From Spirochaetia bacterium (lineage in GTDB: Bacteria > Spirochaetota > Spirochaetia > CAKZLE01): a stretch of 64,000 nt of DNA. The position numbers were made by a program, and so were the translations under genes. The stretch spans positions 3,392,001 through 3,456,000 of the forward strand of contig OY782041.1 in the NCBI GenBank assembly GCA_963677595.1. The letters are read 5' to 3'. Shown piece after piece: positions 39,004 to 48,139 of this stretch. A model generated the notes under the pieces. It was not told where the DNA came from and ran no database searches. It worked only from the letters and a program-made list of their open reading frames with translations. Positions within the stretch are counted from its first letter, which is position 1. Each line of letters begins with the position of its first letter.

Positions 39004-39130
39004 AGATGTATGCTCCCTGTGGTGTTCTGCAATATACAATGATCAGATATCTACACTAATATGATATGTTAGATTCAAAGAGAACGCAATCATAATGTGA
39101 AACCGGACAAGGGGTATGGTCCGGGTCAGG

Positions 39131-39562
39131 TCACTTCTGGATCTGGAGGATGCTCGTCAGCACGATCAGGTGCAGTACCGCCGTCTCGATCCAACCGATC
39201 CAGTCAGAACCGTCGAAGTTGCCGAAATCGATGGTCAGGATATCGAGGATGACGATGAGCGCCAGCCAGAAGACCAGGATGACAGCAGTGGCCGTCTTGC
39301 CGAGCTTTGCAGGGATGGCCTTGACGAAGAGCTTCGCGGCGAGGAAGACTCCGCAGATCAGTTCGAACCCCGATATGATATAGGTCAGCAGTTCCCGGTC
39401 CCCGCCGAACATGTTCGAGACCTCACGTGAGAGATCGCTGCCGATCCCGTCGCCAGATGAGAACCCGGTGATCCCCATCGCGAGGAGGAGGAGGGCGAGA
39501 AGGACCTGCAGTACATTCTTCGACGCGAGTCCCTGGAGCTTGACTGTTGGGTCTTTTGCCAT
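39131..39562 (-). CDS. Hypothetical 4-TM membrane protein
   Basis: Four hydrophobic segments and an AAGGAG RBS. Confidence 0.75.
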   Translation of the reverse strand: MAKDPTVKLQGLASKNVLQVLLALLLLAMGITGFSSGDGIGSDLSREVSNMFGGDRELLTYIISGFELICGVFLAAKLFVKAIPAKLGKTATAVILVFWLALIVILDILTIDFGNFDGSDWIGWIETAVLHLIVLTSILQIQK

Positions 39563-39727
39563 AGTATTCTCTCCTTATGCATTCATACCTGTCGTAAGTA
39601 TACCGTATAATGACCTGGAATAGCATAAATAGCTTATGAATTTAGCACAGCTGGATACCGATTACGGCAGATACAGGCAATCGATAAGAAATGTCTTCAT
39701 ATTATACACTTTCATTTCATCCCTTCT

Positions 39728-39755
39728 TTGATTTCCACCGGAATCCGTGTATAGT
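39728..39755 (+). promoter_or_regulatory. Sigma70-like promoter of the aroQ operon
   Basis: TTGATT-16-TATAGT followed by an AAGGAG RBS. Confidence 0.5.
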
Positions 39756-39775
39756 GATAGGGTAAGGAGACCCTG

Positions 39776-40246
39776 ATGCCCGAACGACTCATCGCTGTCA
39801 TACATGGACCGAACCTCAATATGCTTGGATTACGGCAGATCGGTATCTACGGTACCGGGACCATGGAGGACGTCAACCGGGAACTCGCCGCTGAGGCAGA
39901 TTCCCTCGGCTATGAGCTTGAGTTCTTCCAGTCCAACTCGGAAGGGGGGCTGGCAACCTACATCCAGCAGTGCCGGGGTCGTGTATCCGGGATCGTGATC
40001 AATGCAGGGGCCTATACCCACTATTCGGTGGCACTGCGGGATGCCATCAGCTCCTGCGAGGTGAAGACGGTCGAAGTCCATATATCGAACATCCACCAGC
40101 GGGAGAAATTCCGGCACTTCTCGATGATCGCTCCAGTCTGTGTGGGACAGATCTGCGGCTTCGGTCCCTACAGCTATATCCTGGGCCTGCGGGCCCTGGT
40201 CCGCAGGATAGAACGGACAGCCCACAGAAAAGGGGAGAACTCATGA
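39776..40246 (+). CDS. aroQ: Type II 3-dehydroquinate dehydratase (catalytically intact)
   Basis: HGPNLNMLG.R...YG, FQSNSEG, INAGAYTHYS, VEVHISNI..RE.FRH.S. Confidence 0.95.
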   Translation: MPERLIAVIHGPNLNMLGLRQIGIYGTGTMEDVNRELAAEADSLGYELEFFQSNSEGGLATYIQQCRGRVSGIVINAGAYTHYSVALRDAISSCEVKTVEVHISNIHQREKFRHFSMIAPVCVGQICGFGPYSYILGLRALVRRIERTAHRKGENS

Positions 40247-40683
40247 AGAAATACCTGGTAATATCGGGACCGAACCTGAACCTGCTCGGCCAGCGGAAGA
40301 CCTCCATTTACGGCGGTGTCTCGCTTGCCGAGATCCATGAGGAGCTCGGCAGCCTTGCCGATAAGCTCGGGGTCGAGGTCGAGACCTTCCAGTCGAACTC
40401 GGAGGGGGAGATCATCGACAAGCTGCAGGAATCCCCGGAGACCTGCGACGGCATCATCATCAATGCCGGGGCACTTGCCCACTACAGCTACTCCCTGCGG
40501 AGCGCGCTCGGGGCTACGCTGCTTCCCTGCGTCTCGGTGCAGATGTCCAATGTCTTTGCCCGGGAGGAGGAGTTCCGCCACGAATCTGCCATCGCCTCAG
40601 TCTGTGTGGGGTCGATCGGGGGGTTCGGGATGGACAGTTACCTGCTGGCCCTCGAGGCCCTGGTAAACCTGACGAAAGTATAA
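40243..40683 (+). CDS. aroQ: Type II dehydroquinase paralogue with altered active site (VSVQMSN)
   Basis: GPNLNLLG.R...YG, FQSNSEG and INAGALAHYS retained, but VEVH is replaced by VSVQ. ATGA overlap with copy 1. The true start is 40243, not 39970. Confidence 0.85.
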   Translation: MKKYLVISGPNLNLLGQRKTSIYGGVSLAEIHEELGSLADKLGVEVETFQSNSEGEIIDKLQESPETCDGIIINAGALAHYSYSLRSALGATLLPCVSVQMSNVFAREEEFRHESAIASVCVGSIGGFGMDSYLLALEALVNLTKV

Positions 40684-40693
40684 GGGGGCACAG

Positions 40694-41467
40694 ATGGTCG
40701 CAGCATGGGGACGTGTAGCAAACAGTTTCTCAGATCTTACGCAGACAGCACACGATGGGTTCGATTTCTCCCTGCCTCTCCCACGTCTTATCACAGACCT
40801 GGGGGATGATGACTTCGCACGGCTGCAGACCCTTCGTGGGGAGGAGGGAATCTCCCTGGATGTTTGCATGGTCCCGCTCCCTGCATCGATCACAGTCACC
40901 GAACCAGGGTTCAACCTCTATCTCTGGATGGAGAACCTGAAATCCCATATCTCCCGCATCTCAGCACTCGGCTGCCGTACACTCCTGTGGAACAACGGCT
41001 TCGCGAGGATGATCCCGGAGGAGGGATCGATCGCCAGGGCGAAGGACCAGGTGCTCCACTTCCTGAACCTGCTCGGCGGCATCGCCGAGGACTTCGGGAT
41101 GCAGGTGCTCATCGAGCCGCTCAGTCCGGACAGGACGAACTTCCTCAACACCCTCCCCGAGACGGTGGATTTCCTCTCCCAGGTCAACAGGCCCGCCTTT
41201 TCCTGTGCCCTCAGCACCGGGGAGTTGGATATGATCGGGCTCACCCCTGCAGACCTGGCGGGATCCCTTGATATGGTCAGCCTTGTCCTGCTGGGAAAGC
41301 CGCTCTATGCGTATGACGGGACCATCGAGCCAGGCTCCTGGGACCCTGATACGAGCCTGGCTCTCCTGGATACCCTGAAAGCTGCCGGGTATACCGGTAT
41401 GTTCTGTCTTCCTGCCGATGCTGTCGCCTCAGACCTGGTGCAGTGCCGGGAGCACTGGCGCAGCTGA
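40694..41467 (+). CDS. Xylose-isomerase-like (AP_endonuc_2) TIM barrel with degenerate metal site
   Basis: VLIEPL...TNFLNT and LKAAGYTG retained. The usual DxxH, HxH and final Glu ligands appear absent. Confidence 0.7.
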   Translation: MVAAWGRVANSFSDLTQTAHDGFDFSLPLPRLITDLGDDDFARLQTLRGEEGISLDVCMVPLPASITVTEPGFNLYLWMENLKSHISRISALGCRTLLWNNGFARMIPEEGSIARAKDQVLHFLNLLGGIAEDFGMQVLIEPLSPDRTNFLNTLPETVDFLSQVNRPAFSCALSTGELDMIGLTPADLAGSLDMVSLVLLGKPLYAYDGTIEPGSWDPDTSLALLDTLKAAGYTGMFCLPADAVASDLVQCREHWRS

Positions 41468-41543
41468 CCCTGTCTTAAAAGCAGTAAGATATCGCTTCTT
41501 TTTTACCGATTGAAGAATTTACAATTTCTTTTCTATAAGTAAG

Positions 41544-41584
41544 TTGACATGTGATATATTTGTGTTATTCTTAGATTATAATCT
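41544..41584 (+). promoter_or_regulatory. Promoter plus palindromic operator upstream of dctP
   Basis: TTGACA-16-TATTCT with TG extension, followed by the perfect palindrome AGATTATAATCT (41573-41584). Confidence 0.65.
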
Positions 41585-41658
41585 GTTTATTTTAACAGGC
41601 ATGGGTGTATTCCTGCAGGTTCTACGGGGCTCATCCATGGGAATTTAAGGAGGAAAGG

Positions 41659-42669
41659 ATGAAAAAAATTCTTATTGCTGTCGTTTTGGTTCTTCTCGTC
41701 GGGACATTCGTCTGGGCTGAAGGAACTCAGGAAGCAACTGGCCCAAAGACCTTCAAGCTGACCTATAACCAGCTCAATCCTGAAGACCAGCCGCAGGGGA
41801 TCACCGAGACCAAGTTCAAACAGAAGATAGAGGAACTCTCAGGCGGTCAGATCACGGTAGATACCTACTACAGTGGATCGCTGTTCACCCAGGAAGGAGA
41901 GGTTACGGCCATGATGACCGGGGACCTGGATATCTCGACCCTGGCCTTCCAGGATATCGCACCATACCTTCCTTCTGCTGCCATGTTCGCAGCACCCTAT
42001 ATCTTCACCAGCTATGACCATGTCAGGAATGTATGGGGACCGGATTCCGAGGTCGCACAGAAATTCTATCAGCAGGTATCGGATGCCTGCGGGTACACCC
42101 CGATCGCTGCCATGCACCAGGGCTCACGGCTCATCAACACCAAGTGGGAGACCCCGATCATGACCCCGGATGACATGAAGGGGATGGTCCTGAGGATGCC
42201 GAATGCACCATCCTGGATCGATGCAGGCGAGTCGATGGGAGGGGATGTCACCCCTATCGCCTATTCTGAGGTCTATACCGCACTCCAGACCGGTGCGATC
42301 GAAGGCCAGGATAACCCGCTGACGAACACCTATGCCATGAAGTTCTATGAGGTCACCAAGCAGATCTCCCTCACCAGGCATATCATCGATGTCAAGCTCC
42401 TCTGCGTGACCAACAGCACCTGGGAAGCCATGACTGCACAGCAGCAGGCCTGGATGAAGCAGGCAGCCCAGTATGCATGTGATGCCGGTACTCAGGCAAC
42501 CGTGAACAGTGAGAACGACCTGCTCGACTTCTACAAGGACTACGGTCTGATGATCACCTATCCTGACGTCGAGGCTTTCCAGGCACACTCATTCAAGTGG
42601 TACCAGGACAACGGCAGGACTGCAGAGTGGGACATGGACCTCTACAATGCCGTCCAGGCACTGAAGTAA
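41659..42669 (+). CDS. dctP: TRAP substrate-binding protein
   Basis: AAGGAGG RBS, signal peptide, LRMP and YSEVYTALQTGAIEGQDNP. Confidence 0.93.
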   Translation: MKKILIAVVLVLLVGTFVWAEGTQEATGPKTFKLTYNQLNPEDQPQGITETKFKQKIEELSGGQITVDTYYSGSLFTQEGEVTAMMTGDLDISTLAFQDIAPYLPSAAMFAAPYIFTSYDHVRNVWGPDSEVAQKFYQQVSDACGYTPIAAMHQGSRLINTKWETPIMTPDDMKGMVLRMPNAPSWIDAGESMGGDVTPIAYSEVYTALQTGAIEGQDNPLTNTYAMKFYEVTKQISLTRHIIDVKLLCVTNSTWEAMTAQQQAWMKQAAQYACDAGTQATVNSENDLLDFYKDYGLMITYPDVEAFQAHSFKWYQDNGRTAEWDMDLYNAVQALK

Positions 42670-42698
42670 GGTCTCCTGATAGATAAATCAACAAGGGT

Positions 42699-42729
42699 AC
42701 AGGCGCTGCGGTCCTAAGGCGGCGCCTGT
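42699..42729 (+). terminator. Stem-loop after dctP
   Basis: ACAGGCGCTGC-N9-GCGGCGCCTGT. Confidence 0.55.
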
Positions 42730-42764
42730 CCTGTACAAGGAAGTTACGAGAAAGAGGAGTCTGA

Positions 42765-43292
42765 ATGAATGTGCTAAAGAGGGTCTTTAAGTTTCTTGTG
42801 GATATCATTGAGGTGTGGGTTCCGGCAACGGTCTTCGTCGCGATGTTCCTGGTGTTCCTGGTGAACGTGTTCTTCCGGTATGTGATGAAGAATCCGCAGA
42901 ACTGGACCTATGAGTTCTCGATCAATGCCTTCGTCATCGTCGGGCTCATGGGAGCCTGTACGGCAGCCCGTGCCGAGGACCATGTCGTCTTCGACCTGCT
43001 CTATTCCAATCTCCAGCCGAAGTCCCAGAACATCCTGAGGATCATCAGCTATGCGGTCATCATCATCCTCTTCAGTATATCGCTCCCGGCGACCGTGAAG
43101 TATATCTTCAAGCTCCCGAATGTCACCTCGATCATGAAGATACCGCAGAAGATCATCTTCAGCTCATACCCGATCCTGCTTGTCTCGATGATCATCCGGT
43201 CGGCGCACAGGATGGTCCTCGATATCATCGCATTGAAGAGAAAGACCTACGCCCAAACCTACAACACTGATAAAAAGGAAGTCCTCATATGA
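42765..43292 (+). CDS. dctQ: TRAP small permease
   Basis: FRY..WTYE..HVVFD with 4 TM helices. Confidence 0.9.
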   Translation: MNVLKRVFKFLVDIIEVWVPATVFVAMFLVFLVNVFFRYVMKNPQNWTYEFSINAFVIVGLMGACTAARAEDHVVFDLLYSNLQPKSQNILRIISYAVIIILFSISLPATVKYIFKLPNVTSIMKIPQKIIFSSYPILLVSMIIRSAHRMVLDIIALKRKTYAQTYNTDKKEVLI

Positions 43293-44572
43293 GCTGGTAT
43301 ATCCTGATTCCCTTCGTGTTCCTCATCTTCGCCTTTGCCATCCGGATGCCGATCGGCCTTGGCATGATCGCCGGTTCCATCGCCTACTTCCTGATCAAGG
43401 GGATGCGGATCGGGATCCTCGTCAACGCGATCACCTATGGGCTGACCAATGCCTATATCCTGATAGCGATCCCGCTGTTCATCTTCACGGCCAACGTGAT
43501 GAACTCCAGCGAGGTCACGGACAGGATCTTCGATTTCGCACGCTCAGTCATCGGCGGCAAACCCGGTGCCACGGGCTATGTGAACATCATCGCATCCCTG
43601 ATCTTCGCCGGGATGACCGGCAGCGCTGTTGCCGATGCATCAGGGCTGGGGACCCTTGAGATCGCCCAGATGGAGAAGGAGGGCTACGATATGCCGTTCT
43701 CCTGTGCGATCACCTCTGCAACGGCAGTCATCGGCCCGATCTTCCCACCGTCGATACCCTTCGTCATCTATGCCATGATCTCCGGGGCTTCGATCGGGAA
43801 GCTGTTCATCGGCGGTATGGTACCGGCTATCATCCTGGTCATCGTCATGGGCATCTACGTCTATATCGTCTCGAAGAGACGTAATTACCCCAAGGGTGAG
43901 CGGGTAGCGTTCAAGGTCTTCATCGTCAGCACCCTCAAGGCTGTACCGGCACTGCTGACACCGGTCATCCTGCTCGCAGGTATCTATACCGGTATCATGA
44001 CCCCTACCGAGGCAGGAGCCATCGCAGCAGGCTATACCCTGCTGATCTCTTTCTTCATCTACAAATCCCTGAGCTTCAAGTCGCTGGGTACCATCCTGCT
44101 CAACACCATCCGCACGACCGGGGTCATCTTCCTCGTCATCGCCGGTGCCTACGGGTTCTCGTTCATCGTGACCTCAGAGCAGGTCTCCCGCTATGTCGTC
44201 GATGCCCTCGCCGGTGTCGTGAACAGCCCCATCGTCTTTCTCTTCGCCGTGAATATCCTGTTCCTCATCCTCGGGGCCCTCATCGACGTGAATGTCTCGG
44301 AACTCGTGTTCCTGCCGATCATCCTGCCGCTCGTGAAGCACTTCGGGATCGACCTCGTCCATTTCGGGGTCATGATCTGCCTGAACATGATGATTGGCTT
44401 GCTGACGCCGCCGTTCGGCATGCTCCTGTTCGTCACGGCCGGGATCGGGAAGATATCATTGAAACCGCTGATCAAGGAAGTACTGCCCCTGATCGGGGTG
44501 CTGCTGATCGCGCTGTTCATCATCACCTATGTACCAGAATCCGTGCTGTTCCTGACACGGCTCGTGAAATAA
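43289..44572 (+). CDS. dctM: TRAP large permease
   Basis: FAGMTGSAVADA, GPIFPPSIP, TPTEAG and TPPFG. Confidence 0.95.
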   Translation: MSWYILIPFVFLIFAFAIRMPIGLGMIAGSIAYFLIKGMRIGILVNAITYGLTNAYILIAIPLFIFTANVMNSSEVTDRIFDFARSVIGGKPGATGYVNIIASLIFAGMTGSAVADASGLGTLEIAQMEKEGYDMPFSCAITSATAVIGPIFPPSIPFVIYAMISGASIGKLFIGGMVPAIILVIVMGIYVYIVSKRRNYPKGERVAFKVFIVSTLKAVPALLTPVILLAGIYTGIMTPTEAGAIAAGYTLLISFFIYKSLSFKSLGTILLNTIRTTGVIFLVIAGAYGFSFIVTSEQVSRYVVDALAGVVNSPIVFLFAVNILFLILGALIDVNVSELVFLPIILPLVKHFGIDLVHFGVMICLNMMIGLLTPPFGMLLFVTAGIGKISLKPLIKEVLPLIGVLLIALFIITYVPESVLFLTRLVK

Positions 44573-44574
44573 CA

Positions 44575-44599
44575 CTGCCTGCCGGGTAACCGGCAGCAG
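44575..44599 (+). terminator. GNRA-capped stem-loop after dctM
   Basis: CTGC(C)TGCCGG-GTAA-CCGGCAGCAG. Confidence 0.5.
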
Positions 44600-44629
44600 G
44601 AGTGTAGGAGAGGTTTTTAGTTATTTTAT

Positions 44630-44641
44630 GATTATAATCTA
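44630..44641. promoter_or_regulatory. Second copy of the GATTATAATC operator, upstream of the enzyme operon
   Basis: GATTATAATCTA is the reverse complement of TAGATTATAATC at 41572-41583. Lies in an AT-rich spacer. Confidence 0.6.
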
Positions 44642-44686
44642 AAAGTATTTATATTATTTTTTGAGATTACCTACAGGAGGCAAGCC

Positions 44687-45358
44687 ATGGCCCATGTATA
44701 TACCAAGATCGATAGACCGGAGAGAAGCCTGATTGAGGCATTCGCGGAGTTCTCTTCTGCGACCGTGTACGAGGCATCGGGCAGGAAGGGGTCGGTGAAC
44801 CCGGCGATCAAGCCGATCGCCAAGGGACTGAGACTGCTCGGTCCCGCGGTCACGGTCAGCTGCAAGCCCAATGACAACCTCATGCTCCATAAGGCCATCC
44901 AGATAGCCAAACCGGGCGATGTCATCATCGCCGATACCCAGGGGTTCTATGATGCCGGGTACTGGGGTGACCTGATGGCAGGATCCGCCAAGGCCCGGGG
45001 GATCGCCGGGCTGGCGATCGACGGCGGGGTGCGGGACAGCGAGGAGATCATAAAGATGGGATTCCCGATCTTCTCGAGGGGATTGTGCATCCGGGGAACC
45101 AATAAGGCTGTGCTGGGAAAGGTCAACCACCCGCTGGTCTTCGGGGATGTACTCGTGAATCCCGGCGACCTGGTCCTCGGAGACGATGACGGGATCGTGA
45201 TCGTCGCAAAAGAGGATATGCTATCCGTTCTGGAAGCAACGAAGAAGCGGGTCGCCAAGGAGATCGACAAGGCCGCACAGCTGGCTGAAGGCATCCCTGG
45301 TGTGATCATCAACAAGCTGGATGCCGTCTTCGAGCGGCTGGGGCTGATAGAGGAATAA
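44687..45358 (+). CDS. RraA-like HMG/CHA aldolase (4-carboxy-4-hydroxy-2-oxoadipate aldolase, LigK/GalC type)
   Basis: SATVYEA.G, GPAVTV..DNLMLHKAI..PGDV, GYWGDLM, DGGVRD and PGD.V.GD.DG. Confidence 0.85.
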   Translation: MAHVYTKIDRPERSLIEAFAEFSSATVYEASGRKGSVNPAIKPIAKGLRLLGPAVTVSCKPNDNLMLHKAIQIAKPGDVIIADTQGFYDAGYWGDLMAGSAKARGIAGLAIDGGVRDSEEIIKMGFPIFSRGLCIRGTNKAVLGKVNHPLVFGDVLVNPGDLVLGDDDGIVIVAKEDMLSVLEATKKRVAKEIDKAAQLAEGIPGVIINKLDAVFERLGLIEE

Positions 45359-45359
45359 G

Positions 45360-46406
45360 ATGAGAGTTGATGTAGCTAATCTGAAACAGGCTATCGTCTC
45401 CCTGCTGGGGACGGTGGACCTGGAGCCCGGGGAAGCTGACGCAGTCTCGAGGATCATGGCTGAAGCTGACATGAAGGGGATCTCCACCCACGGGATCTAC
45501 TTCCTGCCGATGCTGCTCAAGCGGATCGATGCAGGGCTGGTGAAGGTGCCCACACAGGTGACGGAAGTCTCCGAGAGCGGTGCGCTCCTCCATCTTGATG
45601 GGGGTAACGGGATCGGGCAGGTCGCCGCCGAGCGTGCGATGGGCGGGGCTATCGAGAAAGCCCGTGATTTCGGGATCGGCATGGCCCTGGTGAGGAATAC
45701 CAACCATATCGGGCTGCTGGCCCATTACAGCCTGATGGCTGCCAAGGAGGGGATGATAGGCATCTGCCTCTCGAACAGTGCCCCAGCCATGGCCCCATGG
45801 GGCGGGGCTCAGGCGCTCTTCGGCACGAATCCCTTCTCCATAGCGGCTCCTGGGAATGGTGAGTTCCCAATCGTCCTCGACATGTCCACCTCCATCGTGG
45901 CTAGGGGAAAGATCAGGAAAGCTGACCGCCTGGGGGAGCGTATCCCGGAAGGCTGGGCCCTTGATGGGAGAGGGGAGCCAACGACTGACCCGTCCGAGGC
46001 CTTGAAGGGCAGCCTGCTGCCGATCGGCGGGCCGAAGGGATACGGGATGGCCCTGTTCATCGATCTCATCGGAGGCATGATCTCGGGATCGAGTTACCTC
46101 AACGATGTGAAGACCTTCCATAAACCCCTGGGCCCGACCGGTGTGGGAATGGCCGCGATCGCTATCGACATCAGTCGGTTCATGGCCCCGGAGACCTATG
46201 AGCCGCTGATCAAGGAGTATATACAGCAGCTGAAAGCTTCTCCCAAGGCACAAGGTGTCGAGCGCATCTTCATGCCCGGGGAGATCGAACTGAGCAGGGA
46301 GCAGGAAGCAGCTTCGGCAGGTGCCGAGATTGATGATGATGTGGTCGCAACGATCAACGGGCTCCTGTCTGATAAGCATATCGATGTTCAATTACGAGGG
46401 AAATGA
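45360..46406 (+). CDS. Ldh_2 (type-2 malate/L-lactate/sulfolactate dehydrogenase-like) oxidoreductase
   Basis: G..THG, DGGNG.GQ, RNTNH.G, GTNPFS.AAP, LDMSTS, PIGG.KGYG and MPGE. Confidence 0.9.
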   Translation: MRVDVANLKQAIVSLLGTVDLEPGEADAVSRIMAEADMKGISTHGIYFLPMLLKRIDAGLVKVPTQVTEVSESGALLHLDGGNGIGQVAAERAMGGAIEKARDFGIGMALVRNTNHIGLLAHYSLMAAKEGMIGICLSNSAPAMAPWGGAQALFGTNPFSIAAPGNGEFPIVLDMSTSIVARGKIRKADRLGERIPEGWALDGRGEPTTDPSEALKGSLLPIGGPKGYGMALFIDLIGGMISGSSYLNDVKTFHKPLGPTGVGMAAIAIDISRFMAPETYEPLIKEYIQQLKASPKAQGVERIFMPGEIELSREQEAASAGAEIDDDVVATINGLLSDKHIDVQLRGK

Positions 46407-48137
46407 ATGAATAGGATCTTACGTGTGAACACGCGTACCGGGGAGCTCCGGTACGTTAAGACTACTGAGAAGGAGATGCAGGAGGGCGGTCGTTCGTTCA
46501 TCGTCCATAACCTGCTGCGTGAGGTGGATCCTGCCTGCGATCCCATCGGGGGTGATAACCACTTCATCATCGCCAACGGCCTGCTGGGCGATACCAGCCT
46601 CACGACTGCCGGCCGTCTCTCGATCGGGGCGAAGAGCCCGCTGACCGGGGGCGTGAAGGAGAGCAATGTCGGGGGGAGTGCCGGGAAGGCCCTGGGGAAG
46701 CTGGGGCTCAAGGCAGTCATCCTCGAGGATATACCGGAGAAGGTGAGCTGCAGGGTCCTGGTCGTCAGAAAGGACGGGGCAGAACTCGTGGAGACGCCCG
46801 AACTGCAGGGGGTGGAGTCCAAGAAGACCATAGACGCCCTGCAGGGACGGTACGGGACAGAAGCAGCAGTGCTCTGCATCGGCCCGGCCGGTGAGTACCG
46901 GCTGTCAGCAGCTGTGGTGGCTACCACGGACCATACGGGTGTCCAGGTGCGAGTCGCCGGACGCGGCGGACTGGGGGCAGTCATGGGTTCGAAGGGGATC
47001 AAGGCGGTCGTCCTGGACAGCAAGGGGGCAACAGCCCCGAAACCGGCTGACCCTGAAGCCTTCTCAGACGTGAAGAAGCAGATCGCGAAGATCATCAGGG
47101 ATGACCCCAAGACGGAGAACCGTCACGACTACGGGACCCCGGCGGTGCTCGGGACCTGCAACGCACTCGGTATCCTGCCGACGAGGAGCTTCCGCACCGG
47201 GAGTTTCGAGCAGGCAGACGCGATCTCGGGGGATACCGTTGCCGAGCTGATCGTGAAGAGAGGCGGCGAGGGGAAGCGGGGACTGCCCTGCGTCAGGGGC
47301 TGCATCATAGCCTGCTCCAACATCTTCCCTCATCCGGACGGGAAAGCACATATCGCTTCCCTGCAGTATGAGAACATCGCGCTGCTCGGGTCGAACCTCG
47401 GGATCGGCGACATCGACGAGGTGGCTGAATTGAACGACCTCTGCAATGAGGTTGGGATCGATGCCATAGACGGCGGGGCCGCCATCGGGGTCGCCATGGA
47501 TATGGGGTTGCTTCCCTTCGGCGATGCCGAAGGTGCCAAGGAGCTCGTGCGCCAGGTCGGGCAGGGAACCGCGATGGGCAGGGTCATCGGCTCAGGTGCT
47601 GCGGTCACCGGCAAGGTCTTCGGCTCGACCCGGATCCCGACGGTCAAAGGACAGGCCATGCCGGCTTATGACCCCCGTTCACTCAAAGGCATCGGCGTCA
47701 CCTATGCCATGTCAGCCATGGGTGCGGACCATACCGCAGGGAATGCCCTGGAGACCGCGAAGTACCTCGACCCGCAGGGAACTGAAGGCCAGGTGCAGAT
47801 CTCGCACAAACTGCAGGTACGCGGAGCGATCCTGGACTCTTTCGGGGTCTGCCTCTTCCTGCGGCCAGCCTTCGTCAAGGACCCGGAGCTTGCCGCACAA
47901 CTGCTCAATGCCCGGTACGGCTGGGACTGGACCTATCGCGACGTGCGGGCGATGAGTGATGAGTGCCTCAGGGCTGAACACGAATTCAACCGGGCAGCGG
48001 GGATCGATGAGACCCGCTGTGATATCCCGGAGTTCATGAGGAAGGAGGCGTTGCCCCCTATGAATACGACCTTTGACATACCCCGTGATGAGATGCAGAA
48101 GATCTGGGAGACTGAGGTCGAGGAAGGAGTTTTTTAG
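46407..48137 (+). CDS. W/Mo aldehyde:ferredoxin oxidoreductase family protein
   Basis: KSPLTGGVKESN.GG, IGPAGE, GRGGLGAVMGSKG.KA, CxxGCxxxC cluster ligands, YDPR and GADHT. Confidence 0.92.
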   Translation: MNRILRVNTRTGELRYVKTTEKEMQEGGRSFIVHNLLREVDPACDPIGGDNHFIIANGLLGDTSLTTAGRLSIGAKSPLTGGVKESNVGGSAGKALGKLGLKAVILEDIPEKVSCRVLVVRKDGAELVETPELQGVESKKTIDALQGRYGTEAAVLCIGPAGEYRLSAAVVATTDHTGVQVRVAGRGGLGAVMGSKGIKAVVLDSKGATAPKPADPEAFSDVKKQIAKIIRDDPKTENRHDYGTPAVLGTCNALGILPTRSFRTGSFEQADAISGDTVAELIVKRGGEGKRGLPCVRGCIIACSNIFPHPDGKAHIASLQYENIALLGSNLGIGDIDEVAELNDLCNEVGIDAIDGGAAIGVAMDMGLLPFGDAEGAKELVRQVGQGTAMGRVIGSGAAVTGKVFGSTRIPTVKGQAMPAYDPRSLKGIGVTYAMSAMGADHTAGNALETAKYLDPQGTEGQVQISHKLQVRGAILDSFGVCLFLRPAFVKDPELAAQLLNARYGWDWTYRDVRAMSDECLRAEHEFNRAAGIDETRCDIPEFMRKEALPPMNTTFDIPRDEMQKIWETEVEEGVF

Positions 48138-48139
48138 TT

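Noticed and set aside
39660-39840. 13-bp direct repeat GATTACGGCAGAT at 39660 and 39828
   Set aside because: Only two copies, one inside aroQ1 coding sequence, with no element between them. Likely chance.
39970-40242. 237-aa ORF suggesting an N-terminally extended aroQ2
   Set aside because: The extension is an alternative frame of aroQ1. The real start is ATG 40243, with a GGGGAG RBS and ATGA coupling.
41600-41639. 5' UTR hairpin containing GTTCTAC, reminiscent of purine riboswitches
   Set aside because: Lacks the three-way junction and kissing-loop motifs. More likely a plain stabilising hairpin.
45309-46391. Long antisense ORFs (360 aa here; also 29970-30989, 49862-50827, 11011-11946, 33536-34393, 58366-59223)
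   Set aside because: Shadow frames of GC-rich genes with no recognisable motifs.
39776-46406. Interpretation as shikimate biosynthesis or the aerobic protocatechuate 4,5-cleavage pathway
   Set aside because: No aroA/B/C/E/K, no dioxygenase, no recognisable LigI/LigJ or active DHS dehydratase nearby. An O2-sensitive AOR is in the operon.
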